Shown here piece by piece: positions 21,810 to 34,200 of a stretch of 64,000 bases of DNA. The DNA is from Eukaryota sp. TZLM1-RC (Eukaryota > Protista > Metamonada: BaSk clade): contig JAUPSS010000012.1 in assembly GCA_040285825.1 (NCBI GenBank), forward strand, positions 496,001 to 560,000, in the 5' to 3' direction. The stretch's first letter is position 1. Each line of letters begins with the position of its first letter. A program made the position numbers and the translations under genes. Under the pieces are notes generated by a model. That model was not told the DNA's origin, did not search any database, and saw nothing but the letters and a program-made list of their open reading frames with translations.

Positions 21810-23580
21810 TATGGTTGAGAATGACCCAGATGTCTTGGTCTTTGAAAAGTAGAATGAATGAAAAACAATGAAGATGGGACCCAAAATGCCGTGGCAGAGC
21901 AAGACAGAAACCAGACAATTGAAAATGCAAACACCGAATTATCCGCATTTGCTCCAATTCAGCAACTTTTATAGACTATTCCCTCTTTTCAGTTGCCAAA
22001 CTTCAGCAAGTTTTTTTGACAATTTACTTTTACAGTTTTGACTTGTGGAGCATTCATAAAATGTAAGCTTTCATTAAAAAGCAAAAGACTGAGAGTTGGT
22101 TGCAAAAAAATCTTGTTCCGCAGTTTGGCAATCCAAAAGACACTTTAATACTAATGGGTGATTATAGTACAAAAGGTTCCAAGAATTTGAAACATCAGAG
22201 ACCTACTCGAGGCATTGGATGGATTTAAGTTCTGAAAAGAAATGGATTTGAGGTATTGATGATTAATGAAGCTTTCATTTCAGCCAAATGTCCTGTTTGT
22301 TTACTTTATTTATTGAATTTGCACACTTGATTAAATTAAATCATAACTAATGGGACGACTATCATTAAACCAAGATTTCCTCTACAAAATCTTGATTTGC
22401 TTGTTGTCTAGCTAAAGCTTCTCTAATTCGATTGAAAAACCGCGGTAATCTATTAATAATGGCAAATTGAATCCGTGAACGCCATAAAAAAATATCAAAT
22501 CTTTTCATTGTTTTTTCTTTCACCATTTTTTGGAAGTCATCCAAAAAAGTTTCTGCTTCAACTGATAATCTTCCATTTATCGAAAATGGGAAAACAATAA
22601 AAACCAGCTGTGTATTTCTATCGACATTTGCATCTTCAATTTCTTTATCATATTTTCTATGTTTTTCTTTTGCTTTAAAATCCAGAGCAGCCACAGGATT
22701 AAGTTTTCTTCTGTGAACCAAAGTATCGTTTGCAACATTACATGAGACAAAGTCAACAATAGCTTCAGAATTATCAATCCAATCACAGTATACATCACCT
22801 CTATCATCAGAACCAAAATTATTCAGAGAAAGTGTTTCTTTCAGCAGGGGCTCTTTGATACACGATATCCTTGCAGTTTGTGCCATATTGAAAACAGTGT
22901 CTCTAACAGCATCATGTAATGAAGAACGATAAGTTATCAATTTAGAGCAATTTAGAGCATGGCGCAAAGTGAGTTGAGGTGAATTCGAACAAATACATTT
23001 TTCTTTTGATAATAATTGGTTAATGGGGATGTTCAAATATAATCTCATTTTTGTTACAAATGCTTCATTAGTGGCACACAATCCAAATCTTCGTGGTACA
23101 ATGGTTACAAAAAGTGAAGAATCTGACGCCTTGTTTTCACAAACACCCTTTTCCAATAACAATGAGTGAAGATCTTGATTTAAAACAGCCGAGCTGCAAA
23201 TATTATTATAAAGATCTTTTTCATACATTCCAGTCAATCTTTTCTGTAATGTTCGAAGAGTGTACTTCAAAATTAAAACATTTTTTTCTGGAATATTGCC
23301 ATTGAATGATTGGGGAAAACATCGACCCCATGACATCCTGTTTGTTTTGAAAATGTTGATAGGTTTGTAAAATAAAAAATCCCAGATGATATAGAGGAGA
23401 AAAGACTCATGTTACTACATGTCATGGTTTATTAGCTTGTAACAGTGAGAGTTGCAAACTCAGTAACAAAGACTCAACAAAGCTTTTCAATAGAAATAAG
23501 CTGGCTTGTCTGAATATGCTTGCAATTGCTGAAGCTAGAATGAGTGGTAATGAAAGCTTTTATTATCTGTGTTGTTGATA
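21810..23580 (+). pseudogene. Fanzor1 relic B, interrupted by a non-LTR insertion
   Basis: 22070-22302 reads FIKKQKTESWLQKNLVPQFGNPKDTLILMGDYSTKG...RPTRGIGWI*VLKRNGFEVLMINEAFISAKCPVC. After the insert, 23336-23580 reads CFENVDRF, then KNPR*YRG...TCHGLLACNSESC...LFNRNKLACLNMLAIA. Confidence 0.85.
22303..23335 (-). mobile_element. 5'-truncated CRE-like non-LTR retrotransposon (CCHC plus restriction-like endonuclease end) with 12-bp TSD
   Basis: ORF 22365..23336 has CIC...HALNC...HDAVRD...KEP...RGDVY. AATAAATAAA tail. TSD TCCTGTTTGTTT at 22291-22302 and 23336-23347. Confidence 0.92.
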
Positions 23581-23683
23581 GCATTGTAATTATTCGGTGT
23601 GAAAATTGATTGTGTATTTATGGGAATTTCTTACAGGTGATTTTTGAGCTTAAATCCGATCTACTTTTCTCTTTCAAACAACT

Positions 23684-23998
23684 ATGGATTTCAGCAACTA
23701 CTCAGCAGAGGATCTTCGTCAAATGGCAACCTTATTGTTTCAACATGTGGAGCTTCTCAACTCCTATATAGATGAACATGGACTTGATCCGATAGAACTT
23801 GATCTTACTACATTTGATACACGACCGCCACCACAAAAGAAGCCCCGTGTTGAAGAACATTCAGATTCCGCATGCTCATCACTTGATATGGAAACAAAAC
23901 TTGCTGAAAAAGACAATCAGTTGGAGAAACTGAAGAAAGCTTTGGAAGAGCAGACCAGGGAACTACATCGGATCAAGAGTTGGCTTGAACAATCGTAA
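23684..23998 (+). CDS. hypothetical small coiled-coil protein
   Basis: Clean 104-aa ATG ORF with an NLS-like PPQKKPR and a C-terminal heptad pattern. No family recognised. Confidence 0.55.
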   Translation: MDFSNYSAEDLRQMATLLFQHVELLNSYIDEHGLDPIELDLTTFDTRPPPQKKPRVEEHSDSACSSLDMETKLAEKDNQLEKLKKALEEQTRELHRIKSWLEQS

Positions 23999-24584
23999 TC
24001 AGCATAGACTTTTCCACGTATTGCCACGTCAGCACTAACAGATGTTGTGTAATTTCTCCATTCTACACTTGAGTTTCTTCTAATTTCTTCGCTTGATGTT
24101 TCACATTCAGTATTTCTTGTATTTTATAAGGTTGTTATTTTTGTTTTTAATGATTAATAATAATTAATAATAAAATTGCCAAAATTGATTTATTGATGTT
24201 TCAGACTACACATTGAGTTGAAGAAAGTGAATATCTTCACAGGAGCAATACATGATTCATATCATGAATACAATGATATTAGAGGAATGATATTGATGGT
24301 GTTGTGATTTAGAAGTTGGTCTCCGACAGGCTACCTGAGTTATACCCTGAAGACCATCATTAAAGCGAATAGAAGCATTGTCCTGGAGAAATTCACTCAA
24401 GGCAAATCAGTATTGTGTAACTCCCAGGATTAATGGATATTTGAAATAACATCATAGTGGCAGCTGGTAGAACACATTGAACGACTACAGCGATGAAGCG
24501 ATGAGGAGGAAATGCGTTGACAACATGGTTTACCCAAACAGGCAAAACGATTCAGTTTCAACAAACTTCGCTTCAACCTCAATA

Positions 24585-25251
24585 ATGTCGCAGTTTAATC
24601 CATATCTTGATAATGGAGGGTTTGTAGTCACTGTCACTATCTCATTTCAGCTCATGTATGGCCATTTGCGGACCTGACTACTGTGTGATTGCTGGGGACA
24701 CACGTCTCTCTTCTGGCTACGATATTGCTTCCCGTAATGTCCCCAAGACTATCAAACTCACAGACCAATCTATTCTCGCCAGTAGCGGCATGCAAGCCGA
24801 CATACGCCAACTTGGCAAAGTTCTTGGCATTCGCATAAGAGAGTACACCACTAAGAATAATCAGACCTTGTCAACTCCTGGTCTTGCGCAGTTACTCTCA
24901 AATACTCTGTATTATAGACGTTTCTTCCCCTACTATGCCTTCAATATTCTTGGTGGTGTGGACAGTCAAGGTAAGGGTGTCTTGTATACTTATGACGCTA
25001 TTGGTTCAATGGAGAGTGTGCGATATACGTCCCAAGGTTCAGGTGTGTCATTAATTCAACCAGTGCTAGATTCACAACTCAAGACTTTACCCCCTGACCA
25101 ATGGCCTCCTCTAAATCGTGCTATTGAAATGGTTAAAGATATTTTCACCTCTTGCTGCGAGAGGGATATTCATACTGGTGATTTTGTAATGATCAACATC
25201 ATTACATCAGAGGGAATACAAGAAGAACGATTTGAATTGAAATTCGACTAG
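24585..25251 (+). CDS. PSMB1: 20S proteasome subunit beta type-1 (beta6/Pre7), 2 exons; intron 24620..24650
   Basis: MSQFNPYLDNGG|SCMAICG after removing a 31-nt GTTTGT...TTCAG intron. Also LSNTLYYRRFFPYY and ERDIHTGD. Confidence 0.95.
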
Positions 25252-25735
25252 TTATACCCTTTTGTACAGCTTATAGTGAACAATAAATACGTGATTGAGT
25301 CTTTATATTTGTTTTGTAAGCTTTTCTATCATTTCTGTATAGTGTCATTTACTTGTCATTCAGTGTTACAAATTTGATTCATGTATTATATAAATGAATG
25401 ATAAGTTGATAAAAGTGGATTTACCAGTTGATGTGTAAAACCAATCTCTGATCTGTCAACAAAAAATGTGAAAACATATTTTAGGGAACTATCCTTCAAT
25501 CTGAAGTTACAATTTCCACATGAAATCTCTTGGAATATTAAACAAAGCATTTTTTCTGGTACCTTCACATTCAATCAATGCATTTCATCTCCCATATTGC
25601 TGACTTTACAATCATATCTACTTGAAATACAATGCAACATACTTGCTCTCGTTACAGTAAAAGATGTCCTTTTTGATCTACAGTCATCCTTGTCTTTGCA
25701 ACACCAAAATAAGCTTTCATTGTCTCTAAAACACA

Positions 25736-26593
25736 ATGGATCTTTACGAAACGCTACTCATCTCAAAGCCAAATAATCAGCCAGCTCTGTTCATCAAGTT
25801 TCGAACATTGCTCATCCGTGCCGCCTTATTCGTGGGCTTTATGGTCTTATGGATTTGGTTGTTCTCAGGAAACCCATGGAAGTCTTGGAAGCAAGCAGAT
25901 TGTGTAGATTTCTTTTGCGAATATTCAGTTGGTGCTGGTAATGTTCAACAACCCTCAAATGCATTCTCTGGTCTTATCTTCATCTGGGTTGCTCTCTGGT
26001 TACTATTCCATGTCGAAATATGTGACGCTGAATTCGCCCAAGCCCAAGGTGCAATCTGGCTCTTACTAGCGTTTGTATTGATACTACGTACAGCGGGTTC
26101 CTTCTTCTACCATGCAACCGAGACGTTGAGTGGTGAGCGTTTGGATTCTGTCTCCGCCGTGCTCTTGGTTGCGTTCCTCTCTACATTCTCCTTTGTGCGG
26201 TTGTACATTGTGCTCTTTGGCCAGGACAAGTTTGAATTGCGTCATTATATTTTCCTAATGATTGTAATCCCCCAATTCATTTTCATTTTCATTCTTCACA
26301 TTTTCCTGAACCATAGCTGCGGTACTTCATGGTTCTTGATTGGAATCTATATCTTTGCTATATTTGCATTTGAGTTCATCCTAGCGTTTAAACAGTGGCA
26401 ATGGCCTTCTTTCAAGTTGAAGTTTGCAGGTGGTGTTTTCCTCCTAGCTTTGGTGTTTTGGATAATTGATAACAAGTATTGGTACTGCAATCCTCTTGGT
26501 TTGTTCCAAGGACATGCTCTTTTCCACATTCTTTCAGCTGTTGCTTTGAGGTTGTTAATAGGGGTGTTTTTGAAGTGGGATAGTGATTGTTAG
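25736..26593 (+). CDS. CREST-superfamily membrane hydrolase (ceramidase-like)
   Basis: FCE, QPSNAFS, SFFYHAT, RLD and HALFH motifs in a ~7-TM protein. Confidence 0.8.
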   Translation: MDLYETLLISKPNNQPALFIKFRTLLIRAALFVGFMVLWIWLFSGNPWKSWKQADCVDFFCEYSVGAGNVQQPSNAFSGLIFIWVALWLLFHVEICDAEFAQAQGAIWLLLAFVLILRTAGSFFYHATETLSGERLDSVSAVLLVAFLSTFSFVRLYIVLFGQDKFELRHYIFLMIVIPQFIFIFILHIFLNHSCGTSWFLIGIYIFAIFAFEFILAFKQWQWPSFKLKFAGGVFLLALVFWIIDNKYWYCNPLGLFQGHALFHILSAVALRLLIGVFLKWDSDC

Positions 26594-27566
26594 ATTTTCT
26601 TCTTTTGTTTGGTGATAAAAGTGCTTGTTTTGTTTCTTGATTTAATTTAATTTTGATGTACATATGTATTTCAAAGAATTCTTGCCATTAATGCAGGCTT
26701 CTCCTTATTACAGTTTTGATCTACAGGTTTAAGTAATTGAAGTGGCTTCAAGAATTGTATTGAGCTCAAGGTTATGTTTTCAAAAGTTTCAACTAAAGAA
26801 TGTCAAATATGAAAGCTTGGTTTTCAGGTTGAAAAAACATTAGATAATTATCCTTTTGTCAAGACTCAATTGTTGTGCTACAATAATCTGCTTTGAGGAT
26901 ATGTTTATCAATGGTGAAACTAATAGTGATGCCGTTAGGCAGGAATATCATAGATGAAAAAAAAAGAAAAAAAAGGCTTTATTATTAAAGATACTTGTTC
27001 TTGAACAAGTGCCACGTCATCATGTGAAATCCTCATCTGTCCACCACCCTAATTTATCAGCAACAACAACAATATAATGTTGGGTGCCGTGAACATGTTG
27101 TGAATTGACATGTTCGATTAGTCTTCAATTTAGGGCACAATTCCCAAATAAGTTTCAAATAGTTGTGAGCATGCTTTTGAAAAATTGCTATCTTTCCATT
27201 TTTGTTTGCAACATAACATGTAATTGTTCTTCAAAAATAACACTTTAACACAAAAAAAGATCAATTTAAATAAAACTAATCATTGAAATGTATATTGAAT
27301 TCACTTATAGTTGTTCAACTAAATAGTTGTTGATTCCAAGGATTGAATTCAAAGCAAAACATTTGTTGCACATTTTACTTTCAACTTTTGCATTTCTTGA
27401 TGCCTTGCAAAGGTTAATTATGGCTAGACAACCTCCAATTGGAATCTTCAGCTTTGTCGATACGATATAGGATAGCGTAATTGAAAGGGTACAAATGATT
27501 AGTAATAACAGTACACGTGATTTTGGAAACTGTAACAAAACAAAACAAAACCAATTTATTTACAAA

Positions 27567-29603
27567 CTAAATCCTTTTACTAGCCCATACAATAGAATTG
27601 GCAAACAACCTGTGACCATCAGTTGAGCTTTGCCAGCCTCCATCACTATTGAAATCACTACTATAACAAAGACAACCAAACTCCACAATTCTACCTTGTC
27701 CTATTTCATTCTTTGCAATTAAAGGACTTCCATTAGACACACTTGCCAACAAGGTTCCATTAACAAGTTGGGCATCTTTACGAGCACTTGGAACAGCAAA
27801 AGAATTGACATTTGTGAAGATTGGGTCATTTGACTTTGTTTTAACAATGTTTTGTTGTGATCCAAGAAGAGTAAAATTACCCCCACTTAAGCAAGAGTAA
27901 TTAAACCCTTTGGATAATGAGAATGGGCCCCACTTGAACAAAACCAAACCTTTACCAGCTTCTAACAGCTGGTTGAGGTATTGGCCTGGACATTGCACAT
28001 TAAAAGCCAGAACCACCACATCAAAGGGTTCAAGTTCGTTGTAATTGTTGATGTTGTTACTACTTGAATTAATAACAACTTCTAAATCCCCCCAATTTTC
28101 AGTAAAACCTTTATTAAGCTTGGTAGTTAGGTCTTTTATGGTAGTTGAATCAACCCAAACCCCAACACTAGTAAAAATCAATTCCCTACCAAATAAATTT
28201 CTGGAAATTTCACCAATATTGTCCCTTGAACAATTCTTTTTAATAACCTTCTCCAACCATTCTTCTTTTCTTTTATTTAAAGAATTTGTTAAAGTAATAT
28301 TTGATAATAAATTACTTGGAATAGTTGGTAATTCTGGAACTAATTCAAATGAATAATTATCAATAACCTTGCTTAATAACAAAGAATTAGAATGTTTAAT
28401 TGCAAAATTAACAATATTAATAAATTCTTGATTGGAAAACCTGCCAAATTCCAATTTAGAAATTACTAAATCAAAATCAATATTAGAAACTAAATTAGAT
28501 TCAAGGTTAAAGAGCCAAATAAAATCTGAAACATTAATTGATTTTGAATTATTGATAAAACTGATAATTAATTTTTGTTTTAATTTCAAGTCAATTTCAA
28601 GAGGAATTAATTCATCAATTTCATCTCTTAAAGGGACACAATCTTGACCAATTTGGGCAGCAAAGACAAGTTCTTGAGCTCTTTTTGAAATATTCAGCTT
28701 GTCAACATCAATCAATTCCTTTCCAAATAATTTGCCTAATAAAGATAGCTTAAAACCCATAGTTTCAGATTCTAAATTATCAAAACAAGAAAATAAAGTA
28801 GTTTGAAATTCATCAACTACATTATAAATTTTTTGAATCTCTTCTTCAGCTCTTTCCTTACCATTGCCATCAAAAGCAAGTGATTCTTCAACAGTTTTCG
28901 ACGACTCTAGCTGCTTAAGCTTTAAACCAGATTGTCTGATCAAATCACCAATCAAATCATGTAAAATTGATTGGGTTTGATTGAGGCTTTCCCTCATAAC
29001 CGATTCTACTCTATCCCCTGATTGAGCCAAGGAGGGGGTAATAGTGGAAACATTAACCTGAAATTCTTCCATTTGTTTGGCAAAAGCTTCCTTGGCTTGT
29101 GAAAATGACACAAGAGCTTCATGGTGTTGAGAGTGGCCATGAAGCAAGCCACAGGAATCACACAAAGCAACCTTACAGTTGGTGCAATAATGCTCGATTT
29201 CCTTGTTCTTGTGGTGAGGACATTTGGGAAGGGAGACGTTGGATCTTTCTGAGAGAGGGACGACGGTGTGAGATTGAAAGGTTTTGGGTCTATGAAGGAA
29301 AGAAGAACAGTCCTGGCAAAAGGAACGTTCACAATCAGCGCAGAAAAGGGTAGCAGGGGCCTGTTCGCATTCAAAGCAGGGTTCAGAAAGAGGAGAGTGT
29401 TGGGAGGAAGCTTCAATGATGTCACGTAGAGTGAAGTTGATGCGGTGACACATCGAGGGAATCTCCTCGCGACATTGAGGACATGTGGAGTTGTGCTTCT
29501 TCGAGGGGAGCAGACAGCGATCACGGCAGAAACTATGGCCACATGGAAGCGTTGTCGGTTGCTCCATGATCTGAAGGCATATCCCGCATTCTAGGTGAGA
29601 CAT
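27567..29603 (-). CDS. TRIM-like RING-Bbox-Bbox-coiled-coil protein with unknown middle module and C-terminal alpha/beta domain
   Basis: RING CGIC...CGHSFC...CPQCR. B-boxes CFEC...CADC...CQDC...H and CPHH...CTNC...CDSC...H. Coiled coil. C-terminus GKGLV...GRIV...LFANSIVW. Confidence 0.9.
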   Translation of the reverse strand: MSHLECGICLQIMEQPTTLPCGHSFCRDRCLLPSKKHNSTCPQCREEIPSMCHRINFTLRDIIEASSQHSPLSEPCFECEQAPATLFCADCERSFCQDCSSFLHRPKTFQSHTVVPLSERSNVSLPKCPHHKNKEIEHYCTNCKVALCDSCGLLHGHSQHHEALVSFSQAKEAFAKQMEEFQVNVSTITPSLAQSGDRVESVMRESLNQTQSILHDLIGDLIRQSGLKLKQLESSKTVEESLAFDGNGKERAEEEIQKIYNVVDEFQTTLFSCFDNLESETMGFKLSLLGKLFGKELIDVDKLNISKRAQELVFAAQIGQDCVPLRDEIDELIPLEIDLKLKQKLIISFINNSKSINVSDFIWLFNLESNLVSNIDFDLVISKLEFGRFSNQEFINIVNFAIKHSNSLLLSKVIDNYSFELVPELPTIPSNLLSNITLTNSLNKRKEEWLEKVIKKNCSRDNIGEISRNLFGRELIFTSVGVWVDSTTIKDLTTKLNKGFTENWGDLEVVINSSSNNINNYNELEPFDVVVLAFNVQCPGQYLNQLLEAGKGLVLFKWGPFSLSKGFNYSCLSGGNFTLLGSQQNIVKTKSNDPIFTNVNSFAVPSARKDAQLVNGTLLASVSNGSPLIAKNEIGQGRIVEFGCLCYSSDFNSDGGWQSSTDGHRLFANSIVWASKRI

Positions 29604-30082
29604 TGGTGGATAGAAGTAAGTTGGGAATGGTGAAATTTCTTTTGAAATTTATTGTTGGACATACATGGAAAATACAAATACACTGTATTTTTGTATTTTG
29701 AGAGTCCTAAAAATGCTTGTATTTCTGTTTTTTGTAGCATTATCTAGAATTGTTAGAGCTTGTAGGTCACCTATTGAAACTTGCGTTATAGTTGCTAACA
29801 ATAACACAATTATCTATTATAATATCTATTATATTATATCTATTATTATATTATTAGTGAATACAAATCCAGTAAATTCAACACTCACAAAAGGTATACC
29901 AACGGCAAAACACACAGTCGTTGTTTGATAAAATAATTTCTAACATAATGTGATGGTTAAGGGTTAAAAGTTGATCATCTAGCTATAATTGTAACTTACA
30001 TCGAAATCACACATTAAAATGGCTTATTAAAGTGATTAATTTCTGGGTGAAATGACTACACTATTTAAATATATAACGTCAG

Positions 30083-30727
30083 GGACCAAATTTATGTAAT
30101 GTGCAAATCATATCGAGTAGATTCCTTTTTAGAACCGCTGTTATCAAAATTAATTCTTGATGATCCCAATATTGATAGTACGCGTTACAACAGAGCTTCT
30201 ATGGGTCTGACTAGAGGTGATCTAGTTGTTCCTGGTTTAAATGGTAGTTTTACTATTTTGGACGCCATGTCTATTGACCCTTGTAATTCCTCTAACGAAC
30301 ATCTCATTAACTCGGATGTAAATAATCCTCTTCTTGCAGGCGAAAAATATAAAATTGCTAAATATGCGAAACCCATTTCCTCGGTTAATGAAAATTCTCA
30401 TGCCCAATATAATTTATGTCCATTTGTTTTTTCTTTGCTTGGATCTCTAGGTAAGGCTGCTATGGCTTTCCTTGAGGATTTTGTTGTAGTTGTAAAGGAA
30501 AGAACTGGAAGAATTTTCAATCGTGTTTACTGGCAAAACAGGATTGTATTTTCTATTTTTAAGGGAATGGTAAAACTAATTTCTGATTCACTATCTTCTT
30601 TTGGGAAATTTTCTGAATCTTTAGCAATTTATTGTTTTGATGTAGGGGAGGCAGGTTTTGAGGATGTGGAGTTTTAATTGTGTATTTCATATTTGTTGTT
30701 GAATAAAAATAAAAAGTTAAAAAAAAG
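30083..30727 (+). mobile_element. 5'-truncated non-LTR retrotransposon (RLE end) with 18-bp TSD
   Basis: ORF 30099..30677 has LEP...TRGDLVV...ILDAMSID. A-rich tail. TSD TTAAATATATAA(C/T)GTCAG at 30065-30082 and 30728-30745. Confidence 0.9.
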
Positions 30728-31989
30728 TTAAATATATAATGTCAGATTTTTCAGTAATCACTTTTCAACTGTAGAATGTATTGGGAGACTAATCAACGAT
30801 AGTGGATGAGCGAATTTAACTACAAGAATGACAAAAGACGGCAAAAGATGAGAGTGCCTGTGAATGGGAAAGGAGTTACCCCGGCTTTTATCGTATTGAC
30901 ACACTAGAATGTTCATTATCAATAACTTGAGTTGATAATTCATGTTGACATTTTTCAATATTGGTTTCATGAATGATTGTGTTAACTTTCAAAGTTGATC
31001 CTATTTCATCAAAGGTTGAAAAGCACTCTTGAGCTCAATATTCATATCAAACATTAAACCGTTTGATTCAATTGGCGCTATAAACAACTGGCAAGCTTTA
31101 ATCTTTCAACCAATTCTATTAATCACCAACACCAGCCAACCCAGTCTCTGTCGTTCAGAATACTTTTTTTTTCGTCATATAAAAAACAATTTTGGTTACA
31201 AAAAAGTTTACTAAAATACATTGAAAAATTAACTAATTAACATCTCTGAAAGTATCCATGGCACTAAAATGGTTGTACAAGTACCTTCCTCTACCATCAC
31301 TGACTACAAAGGCAAACTGTGCAACTAAGAACGTGAGGATGAAGAGAGCAATCACAAAGTAAATGTCCAAGCGAAAGATGGCATGCTTTATGGCACCACT
31401 GATGTTTGGACGCAGGTTGGTAGCAGAGGGAACGTTGTGTTGTTCTTCAGAAGACCTCATCATCTCAACGGGGGAGTCTGTTACGATCAAACCTAAGCCT
31501 TCGTCAACGTTCATATCAAGAGGCCAAAGAGATGATGAACTTGGTGATGATCAACTTAAGAATGAGATCTTTAGTAGATTTCATCAGCATGGAGTTGAAA
31601 GATAGTGTGACCAATGAAGATATACTACAAAGCCAATGCGTTAGTTGGTCCTAGATTATGCCAAGATACTTTGGATAATGCTCGAAAGGTTGTAAATGAT
31701 CATTTGAACAAATACAAATGGTCTTCACAATAAATAATGGAAATAATTCTAATAAAGAAGTAACTCTAAGTTCTACCTATTCAGTTTATCAATTTTTTTC
31801 TTAATTTTGAGTCACAGTCACATAAATTGGATTTGACAAATTTGGTACATCCAAATTGGTCTGGTCAGATTTGGTGTATCGCAAAAAATTGATCAAATGT
31901 TGGTTACTATAAAGATAAATTGATGATAATTGTTGTGAGTATTTCTTGTAGGACAATTGTCAGAAATGGTGGCTGCTCGAAAAGTTATT

Positions 31990-34200
31990 CTATTTATCGA
32001 GTCGTGTTTGTGATGATTCTGTTTTAATGAATATCTAATATTATATAATTAACTTTTCTGCCAAAATTTTCAACTTTAAACTAAATTTACCACCGGTTCT
32101 TCTAATGTAAATTTCAATAATGTTAGTTTTAATTTCACAAATAATGATCATATTATTTCTGATGAACTGTTTTACAAACGGACTAGAAAACTCCATTTGG
32201 ACCCTTGTGTAAATCTTGGTGTTCTTATTCTTATTTATTTTTATTTATTTATTTGTATTGTGAACATTGTGGTTTATTTTAAATAATGTCAATTCCCTTC
32301 AATTCAATATTTATACTTCCATTTTCTCTTTGTTGCAAAAGCATTTTCCTGAGGTTGAGTCTTCTTTCTATTCATTTTATGAAAAATCATCAACATTGGT
32401 CTATGAAAACTTTGACCTGCTTTCTTCTTCAGGTTTTAAACAGGGCGATCCTCTTGGTCCTTTGTTCTTTTGTCTGGCAATTCATCCATTAATGTGCGAA
32501 TTGAAAGAAAAATTCCCAGAGATAGACATTGTAGCATATATGGATGACATTTCTGTCATTGCTCCTATTACAGTTCGCAAAAAAATAGCAACTTTTATTT
32601 AACAGCGTTATGAAGATATAGGTCTCTCATTAAATATCTCCAAATGTTTGATTATTGGTCATGAACCAATTGATTTTTTCATTAATGATGTCAATGTCCC
32701 CTTTATCAATTATGATCAGTCTGGTTTTCGTTTTTTGGGTTGTTATCTCGGAAATATTGATGAAGTCAAAAGCCAACTTTCGATTCTGTTGACTCAATTT
32801 GGAAATGAATTAGAATCACTAGAAAATTTAAATATTGAAAAACATTTGAAATTCTTTTTCCTAAAAATTTGTTATTCTGGAAAATTTACTTATATTTTGA
32901 GATCAACATCACCATCAATTATTTTGGAATGTTGTCGAATTTTTAATGAACAAAGAACCAATTTTTTAGCAAAATTATTGGAAATTGACGCATCTCAGTT
33001 ACGAAGCCACATTTTTTTGTGGTACAAATTTTGGTGGTGTTGATTTTCATAAATCAAGCTGCCTTTATTGGAGGTGGTAAAAATTTTATTTATGAATTTG
33101 TGAATCACTTTCCAGAAAAAATTGATCTCATTGAAAACTGTGGCAGCTCTTATCTTATTTCTTTGCAACAGGAAATTGAAACTCTTTCACCCAATATTTG
33201 GTCTAAATGTTTTCCCTCTAATATCGTGGAGCTTCCTCCAAGAAGCTTGTTCTCCTTACCACTGACTTTTGCAAAATGGCAGAAGAAAATCTTAAAAGTT
33301 TTAGAAAACTTGGATTATATTGTACGTCTTAGCTTGGCTAAAGAAAAAAATCCCGTTTTTGCAAACTTTTTGATTGATCTTGAAGACAGTTGTTCAAGTT
33401 GCCTAATCTTCCAAGTTCCCAACATTTATGGCCTTCTACTTAATGATCACCAATGGACCACTGCAATGAGAATGAGATGTTTCCTTTGGCCTTGTTCGTT
33501 ACCAAATGATTTAATTTGTCGCTGCAAGAGTGTGGTTACGCTTTCCCATATTTTAAACTGCAAATATTTTATAACATATCGATCAATTGTTCATGACTCA
33601 GTCCGTGATGAATTATATGCCATGTGCAAAAGTTTCAATATAGAGGCATTTATTGAACCATTAGTACGTAAGCTGTCTCCAGATCAAACTGATGAGTCCT
33701 TTGGTAAAGAAGGGCAGATTTAGTAGCTCCAGGGATCGATGGTGTTCTCAATGTTGTGGATGTTGTCTCAGTAGATGTCTGCAAAAATTCTGCTGCTCGT
33801 TTGGTGCATTCCGCTGATTCGCCGCTATCTAATGCCGAAAAAAAGAAAATACAAAACTATGAAGAACCATTGGCACAATTAGGTAGAATCGAACATGTGA
33901 AATATCAGTTTGTGCCGTTTGCAATTTCTCTTTTTGGCAATGTTGGACCTTCAGAATTACACTTTTTTGAAAACTTCAACAGAGTTTTACTGAATAGGTC
34001 TGGTAAAACAATGAATTCCACCTTCTGGCTAAATAGAATTGTTTTTTGCATTTTCAAGTCTATTCCAACAATGATTTCTAAGGCTGTTTTAGCTATTGAT
34101 GTAGAATATGAACGAAATGATGTGAGTAGGTTTAGTAATAGTGACGCTTGTTTGGAGGATATTGAATACTAGATAGATTTTTTTTTCAATAAAAATACAG
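31990..34200 (+). mobile_element. frameshifted CRE-like non-LTR retrotransposon (RT, CCHC, RLE)
   Basis: GFKQGDPLGPLFFC, AYMDDIS, CRC...HILNC...HDSVRD...IEP and DVVSVD across ORFs 32267..34172. Confidence 0.9.

Noticed and set aside
20018-22230. Alternative genetic code (TAA/TAG = Gln), suggested by in-frame TAA codons in the Fanzor relics
   Set aside because: PGK and PSMB1 end at TAG, and the metallophosphoesterase ends at TAA, at the expected C-termini. The relics also have frameshifts and deletions.
31233-31514. 93-aa ORF with one hydrophobic segment
   Set aside because: No recognisable motif and an uncertain start. It may be a small gene or remnant, but this is unsupported.
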